Assembly: GCA_963803805.1 (NCBI GenBank)
Contig: CAWDOD010000003.1
Coordinates: forward strand, 128,001 to 192,000
Source of the DNA: an uncultured cyanobacterium
GTDB lineage: Bacteria > Cyanobacteriota > Cyanobacteriia > Cyanobacteriales > CAWCAG01
Length of the DNA: 64,000 bases
Direction of reading: 5' to 3'
Shown here: in pieces, positions 58,613 through 64,000 of the stretch
Layout: every line of letters begins with the position of its first letter
Numbering within the stretch: the stretch's first letter is position 1
Made by a program: the position numbers and the translations under genes
Notes under the pieces: model-generated
What the model saw: only the letters and a program-made list of their open reading frames with translations
The model's database searches: none
Told to the model about the DNA's origin: nothing

Positions 58613-59868
58613 TTATCTGTACAGCTTTATTAGCTTTCTTCTGAGCAAGTCTAGAGCGTAGCAAGCGCTAAAATATCTGATGGTGTCTCTGGTTTTTTCG
58701 GGAGCAAGATAGTAAGGAAAACTTTGTACTTCGCCATTTGGTTGGGCAATCGCCAGATAAACTAGTCCTACTGGTTTTTCTTTTGTACCACCTCCAGGAC
58801 CAGCTACACCGGTGATACTCAAACTCCAATCAGTATTTAATTGTTTCTTAACCCCTAACGCCATTTGTTGGGCTACTACAGCGCTAACTGCACCAAACTG
58901 TTCTAAGTCAGATTTCTTTACTTCTAAAAGAAATGCTTTAACTTGATTATCATAGGCAATAATCCCCCCTCTAAAATAATTAGAACTCCCAGGCACAGAG
59001 GTAAACATGGCCCCTAAACCTCCTCCGGTACAAGATTCTGCCACGCTAATAGTTTTTTGATTTTTCTGTAAAAGTTCTCCTACTACAGAAGCAAGGGTAT
59101 CTTCATCTGCCCCAAAATAATCTAGTCCAGCAATTTCTTTAATCTTGGCTTCCACTGGGGCGATCACCGCTAAAGCCTCCCCCTCCGATTTCGCCTTAGC
59201 AGAAACCCGCAATCTTACTTCCCCTTCAGAGGCATAGGGAGCAACGGTAGGATTGGTGAGGGTAAATAAATCCGTAACTTTTGTAGCTAAAGCAGATTCC
59301 CCTATACCTCGAAACTTAAGCAAACGACTATAAATAATCTCTTTTCCCCAACCTTGGCTTTTTAAATAAGGGACGGCGGTTTCTTGCCACATCCGTTTCA
59401 TTTCTGAAGGAACCCCAGGAAAGGTTAGGATGGTTAAATTTGCTTTCGGTTGCCAGATAATTCCTGGTGCAGTGCCTGCGGGGTTTGGTAAGATGCTTGC
59501 CCCTTTGGGTAGTAAAGCTTGCTTACGATTGTTAGGAGTCATTTCCCTACCCCTTTGAGCGAACTTGGCGGTAATATCTGCAATAATTTCTGGCTTTTCT
59601 TCTAAAGGAGTTTTTAAAAACTCCGCAATAGTTTCAGTTGTTAAGTCATCAGGAGTTGGCCCAGTCCCCCAGTGAAGATTAAGATGGAGGCACGCTGACT
59701 AGCGATGGCGATCGCATTTTGGAGACGTTGAGGATTATCTCCAACCACGGTTTGGTAATAATGAGGTATGCCTAAACTTGCTAGCTGTTGGGCTAAATAT
59801 TGAGAGTTGGTGTTGACAATATCTCCTAGTAATATTTCTGTGCCAACACAAATTATTTCTGCATTCAT
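58613..59868 (-). pseudogene. cinA: Competence/damage-inducible protein CinA, with a 1-bp deletion frameshift near 59658-59662
   Basis: [15 protein letters not shown]...GGLG continues as PTPDDLT if one base is added in a G/C run; C-terminal PncC domain AESCTGG, SITGVAGP; probably a homopolymer error. Confidence 0.85.
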
Positions 59869-59925
59869 GGGGTTAGATAACTGGTGAAGCGAAGATTAGA
59901 TTATACAAGCTAAAGTTACCGTATC

Positions 59926-61086
59926 TCAGTCTAGAAACCATTCAGCATCATCAGCTTTTTTCAGACTTTCTTGAAGTAACTCCTTTCTGTCAAGCCACTT
60001 TCCTTCATAGCGTACACTTCCAAAGGTATCATCAAGAACTTTTTTACCGTTGTGATAAGCATGAACATGGATACCAACCTCCTCTGGGCGTTTTAAAGTC
60101 CAAACAATTGCTGGAGTACTTGGCCAAATTTTGATAGCATCATATTTGCAATTAGCCAGATTAAGAGTCTTTTTCACTTCGGAAGTGTCTGGATTTCCTA
60201 AAAATATATCGTGTAGTTGTTTGAGGGGGTTTGAAACGATATGTTGCTTCGACCAATTCCCGTCATGACCACAATTAGAACAAAAATGCTTACGGTGAGG
60301 ATTTTCAGCAAAGTCCCCTAGATCAAGATGCGGTGCATGACAACGATTACATATTAAGCAATCTAGTGGTCTTTTAGTGACTACAGCTTCAAGGTAAGCT
60401 AGTGCTGCTGGTGGCGTTATAGCAATTCTTGGCCTAAGCTCTAAATCTGGGAAAAGGCCTGGTTGATCTAAAATCATTAGTACGGGAAAAGTCTGATCAA
60501 TATTTTTCTTCTCACCTTCTTCCTTTCGAGCATGAAGATGAATTCCGATACTATCAGGTACACCATCCAAAACAGTATTGATAGCTGGCGGTAGCGAAGC
60601 CCATACTCCTACTCCCCCTGAATATTCCTCTAAATCAAGGATAAAGGGGTTCTTAACATAACACATAGCCTGAGATGCATTACTGCAAATAACATCCTCT
60701 GATTTATCAGCTTTGGCAAGTGCTTTAATATCTGCCTTAGTTCCCCAATAAACGTGGTGGGTTCTGCACCACCATCGTTCTGCTCCATGCCTAAACTTGC
60801 CCGCTTTAACAATATCACAAGGGAGTATAGCATCACAGCCAGCTTCAGGGGACGGAAAATATCCCAAAATGTGATCGCTGAATACACATACGTTTCCCAT
60901 TGTGCGATCCTTAGTCCAAACTACAACTGTTTCTTTCGTGTAATTTGCTGGTCTGAGTGGTTGTTCTTCACCTAGTTGGGCTATAACCCTTGTTTTGCCT
61001 CGCTTAGCATCCTTATCATAAATTTCCTCTACAAGAGTTAATTTGATAGTTCCATTAGGTAAAGCTTGCCTAAGAATAAATGCCAT
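59926..61086 (-). CDS. Hypothetical Cys/His-rich (putative Zn-binding) protein
   Basis: 386-aa ORF; WWCRTHH, CNRCHAPH and HRKHFCSNC motifs; two GIHxHA motifs. Confidence 0.75.
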   Translation of the reverse strand: MAFILRQALPNGTIKLTLVEEIYDKDAKRGKTRVIAQLGEEQPLRPANYTKETVVVWTKDRTMGNVCVFSDHILGYFPSPEAGCDAILPCDIVKAGKFRHGAERWWCRTHHVYWGTKADIKALAKADKSEDVICSNASQAMCYVKNPFILDLEEYSGGVGVWASLPPAINTVLDGVPDSIGIHLHARKEEGEKKNIDQTFPVLMILDQPGLFPDLELRPRIAITPPAALAYLEAVVTKRPLDCLICNRCHAPHLDLGDFAENPHRKHFCSNCGHDGNWSKQHIVSNPLKQLHDIFLGNPDTSEVKKTLNLANCKYDAIKIWPSTPAIVWTLKRPEEVGIHVHAYHNGKKVLDDTFGSVRYEGKWLDRKELLQESLKKADDAEWFLD

Positions 61087-61175
61087 CTTCCGCTTGTTCT
61101 TAATATGGATAGGTATTGCCTTTTACCCAAAGCTTAACTGATAATTAATCAAGTTAAGTTTCTCTGGAGTTGCGA

Positions 61176-62435
61176 GTGAAGGTTTTGGTCGTTGGGAATG
61201 GAGGGCGCGAACACGCCTTGGCTTGGAAACTGTTGCAATCAGAGCAAGTTGATAAAGTATTTTGTGTTCCGGGTAATGGTGGAACAGCTTTATTGGAAGG
61301 GTGTCAGAATTTAGCTTTAAGTGGAGATGACTTTGAGGGGCTAAGTAAATTTGCTTTAGTTAATGGTATATCTTTAATAGTTGTTGGGCCGGAAGTTCCC
61401 CTCGCTTTAGGAGTTACAGATCGCCTGCTTCGAGATAACTTGAAAGTTTTTGGACCGACTAAAGCTGGGGCGCAAATTGAATCGAGTAAGTCTTGGGCTA
61501 AAGAATTAATGGCAGAAGCTGGTATACCCACAGCTCATTGCGAAACCTTCACAGAATTAGCCCCAGCCCAAGCTTATGTTATTGATAAAGGAGCGCCTAT
61601 AGTAGTTAAAGCAGATGGTTTAGCAGCAGGTAAGGGAGTAACTGTTGCCTCTACTGTAGAAGAGGCAAATAGTGCCTTAGAAGCGCTGTTTGCTAAGGGA
61701 TTTAGCGAGGTTGTGGTAGAAGAGTTTTTAGTTGGAGAAGAGGTTTCAGTTTTTGCTTTAACTGATGGCATTAGCTTGCGTACCTTGATTACTGCCCAAG
61801 ATCATAAAAGAATTGGTGAAGGAGACACAGGGGAAAACACAGGGGGCATGGGGGCTTATGCTCCAGCACCTTTGGTAACTCCTCAATTGATGGAGCGCAT
61901 TGAGAAAGAAATTCTGCAACCGACGGTAGACGCTTTGCAACAAAGAGGAATTGATTACCGAGGTGTTCTTTATGCCGGATTAATGATTTCTCCCCAAGGT
62001 GATCCTTTGATTCTTGAATTTAATTGCCGTTTCGGAGATCCTGAAACTCAAGTCCTTTTACCTCTGCTAGAAACTCCTTTAGAAGAAATTCTCTTAGCTT
62101 GTGCTGAAAAGAGATTAGAAAAGCTACCTCCCATTGAATGGAAACAAGGCAGTGCTGTTTGTGTCGTGGCTGCTTCCCAAGGCTATCCGGGGGCATATGA
62201 GAAAGGTTTTACTATCTCTGGTATTGAAAAGGCAGAAGAACTAGAAACTACCGTATTTCACGCTGGTACAAAGTTGATGGGAGGGAAGCCTGTTACCAAC
62301 GGTGGGCGAGTTTTAGGAGTTACAGCAGTAGGAGCATCTTTCTCAGAAGCGATCGCACAAGTTTATAAAGGAATTGACTCCATAGATTTTACCGGAATAT
62401 ACTTCCGCAATGATATTGGCCATCGGGGGAAGTAA
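61176..62435 (+). CDS. purD: Phosphoribosylamine--glycine ligase
   Basis: GNGGREHAL, VVKADGLAAGKGV, QDHKR, NTGGMG, EFNCRFGDPE, TNGGRV. Confidence 0.97.
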   Translation: MKVLVVGNGGREHALAWKLLQSEQVDKVFCVPGNGGTALLEGCQNLALSGDDFEGLSKFALVNGISLIVVGPEVPLALGVTDRLLRDNLKVFGPTKAGAQIESSKSWAKELMAEAGIPTAHCETFTELAPAQAYVIDKGAPIVVKADGLAAGKGVTVASTVEEANSALEALFAKGFSEVVVEEFLVGEEVSVFALTDGISLRTLITAQDHKRIGEGDTGENTGGMGAYAPAPLVTPQLMERIEKEILQPTVDALQQRGIDYRGVLYAGLMISPQGDPLILEFNCRFGDPETQVLLPLLETPLEEILLACAEKRLEKLPPIEWKQGSAVCVVAASQGYPGAYEKGFTISGIEKAEELETTVFHAGTKLMGGKPVTNGGRVLGVTAVGASFSEAIAQVYKGIDSIDFTGIYFRNDIGHRGK

Positions 62436-62489
62436 GTCAAAAGTCAAAAGTAATCGCTCAATGATCAATGATTCAGTTATTAATGATCA

Positions 62490-63758
62490 TTGATAACTGA
62501 CAATTTTGGGAGCATTAGAGCCTTGGAAATAGTAACTATCATCGCCATTATTCTTGCTGCTATAGGAACTGGTTTAATAATTTCTGACCGCCGTAAAGAT
62601 AAGTACTCTCCTTGGCAAGCAACTGTTATTCCCTTAGCTTCTATTCTTGGTAGCGGTTTTTTAATTTCTGCCCCTTTGTTAGCTAGACAGTTAGGGAATT
62701 ATGCCCTTTTCGGCATGGTGATATTAATTGCGATCGCTTATTTACTTGGGGAAGCGGTGCGCTTTAATATTCAATATTTAGAACCAAGAATGGAGAGAGG
62801 GGACAAAGGCTTAGCTTTTACGATTGAAAAAATATCTTTCTATGTCTTAGCTGCCGGTTATGTAATTGCTGTCGCTTTTTATCTAAATCTACTTTCTGCT
62901 TTTATCCTCGAAGGCTTTTTTGATCTATCCCCCCTCATTACTAAGATCGTAACCTCAATTTTTATTCTTTTAATTGCTTTACTTGGTTGGTGGCGAGGGT
63001 TAGATATTTTAGAGTCTGTGACTAAAAATGCTGCTAGTCTTAACTTAGTTTTAATTGTCGCTTTTTTGATTGGTTTGTTTTCCTATAATCTCTCAGAATT
63101 TGCTGAGGGAAAATGGCAACTCTTAACAGAAAGCCCTTCATTTAGTTGGGGAACAATACGCTCTCTTTTGGGCTTACTTTTCATTACCCAAGGTTTTGAA
63201 ATTTCCCGTTTTCTTAGCTCTAAATATGATCATGCTTTGCGAGTGAAAACCATGAGATATGCTCAGTTACTTGCTGGGGCCATTTATATTCTTTTTATCG
63301 CTTTAGCAACAACCATGTTTCGTTTACCTGGAGGACAAAGTACCATTGCTGTCTTAGAATATGCTCAGTTAGGAGTCTTTATTCTGCCTTTTTTGATGCT
63401 TATCGCTACCTTTTGTAGCCAATTCAGCGCCGCAGTTGCTGATACGGCAGGTTCTGGGGGTTTAATGGTAGCAATAACAGAAAGACAAGTATTTGTCCAA
63501 AGACCAGGGCGCACTGATTATTTTATTGTGGCTGGTTTAGCACTGGTGTTGACTTGGTTAACGGATGTTGTTGAAATTATTAGTATTGCTTCTCGTGTTT
63601 TTGCACTTTTTTATGCCCTTCAGTGTGCAGCCGCTTTAACTCTAGCCTTTAAAACCCCAGGGGTAAAGAATCGTTTTCTCAACATCGCTTTATTTATTAG
63701 CGCAATCTTTATTTGTTTATTGGTAGCAATCTTTGCTAAATCTGCTTTTTATAACTAG
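62490..63758 (+). CDS. APC-superfamily-like membrane transporter
   Basis: About 12 TM helices; PLASILGSGFL, QGFEISRF, SQFSAAVAD. Confidence 0.65.
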   Translation: MITDNFGSIRALEIVTIIAIILAAIGTGLIISDRRKDKYSPWQATVIPLASILGSGFLISAPLLARQLGNYALFGMVILIAIAYLLGEAVRFNIQYLEPRMERGDKGLAFTIEKISFYVLAAGYVIAVAFYLNLLSAFILEGFFDLSPLITKIVTSIFILLIALLGWWRGLDILESVTKNAASLNLVLIVAFLIGLFSYNLSEFAEGKWQLLTESPSFSWGTIRSLLGLLFITQGFEISRFLSSKYDHALRVKTMRYAQLLAGAIYILFIALATTMFRLPGGQSTIAVLEYAQLGVFILPFLMLIATFCSQFSAAVADTAGSGGLMVAITERQVFVQRPGRTDYFIVAGLALVLTWLTDVVEIISIASRVFALFYALQCAAALTLAFKTPGVKNRFLNIALFISAIFICLLVAIFAKSAFYN

Positions 63759-63818
63759 TAGGGATGGGTTGATCTAAATTGCTGCTATTACCTGAAATCT
63801 AGATCAACCTGCCCTTAC
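63758..63818. repeat. REP-like palindrome (GTAG...TTAC)
   Basis: gtagggatgggttgatctaaat ... atctagatcaacctgcccttac imperfect inverted repeat. Confidence 0.55.
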
Positions 63819-63847
63819 ATAGGAATGTCGTTAATGATAAATGATAA

Positions 63848-64000
63848 ATGATAAATGTTCTTTGGCATTCTAAGTCTGGAAGAATCGGCTTAATACTAAC
63901 AGTTACTATCGTTTTAATAGCTTCCCTTGCTCCTGTTTTAAATCCTTTTGATCCTGCTACTGCTAGAGATTACGCTGCTAGATTAAAACCTCCTTCGGTT
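63848..64000 (+). CDS. Peptide ABC transporter permease (OppC/DppC-like), 5' partial
   Basis: Manual translation MINVLWHSKSGRIGLILTVTIVLIASLAPVLNPFDPATARDYAARLKPPSV fits an OppC N-terminal domain. Confidence 0.7.
   Translation, partial: MINVLWHSKSGRIGLILTVTIVLIASLAPVLNPFDPATARDYAARLKPPSV

Overview
This is a cyanobacterial chromosome segment, as shown by frequent HIP1 GCGATCGC octamers, heptamer STRR tracts, psbX, ycf66, ccsB and dnaK3-dnaJ; the genus cannot be determined from this window. Most of it is housekeeping: a GyrA/ParC-like topoisomerase subunit, asnS, avtA, murE, hisS, aroQ, cinA, purD, a BamA/Omp85 protein, a PgpH-like HD protein and ABC permeases. The main accessory locus (about 35.3-41.0 kb) has an Afp15/Pvc15-like AAA ATPase transcribed divergently from a DUF4157 protein that carries an Ntox16-like cysteine-rich toxin tip and a hydrophobic tail. 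Two candidate immunity genes follow, and the second is split by an intact IS982 whose TIRs and 6-bp target duplication are visible. No contractile-tail structural genes are present in the window. Other notable items are: an unassigned Cys/His-rich protein with an internally duplicated GIHxH module between cinA and purD; a PlsY-dikinase fusion; a putative pterin-glycoside operon; a CysH paralog lacking its catalytic Cys; a MITE-like element with an expandable heptamer core; an unannotated 48-aa gene with a perfect NtcA box, coupled to aroQ; and two single-base frameshifts (KGK protein, cinA). No rRNA, tRNA or CRISPR array was recognised. All family assignments come from motif recognition by eye, not from database searches.
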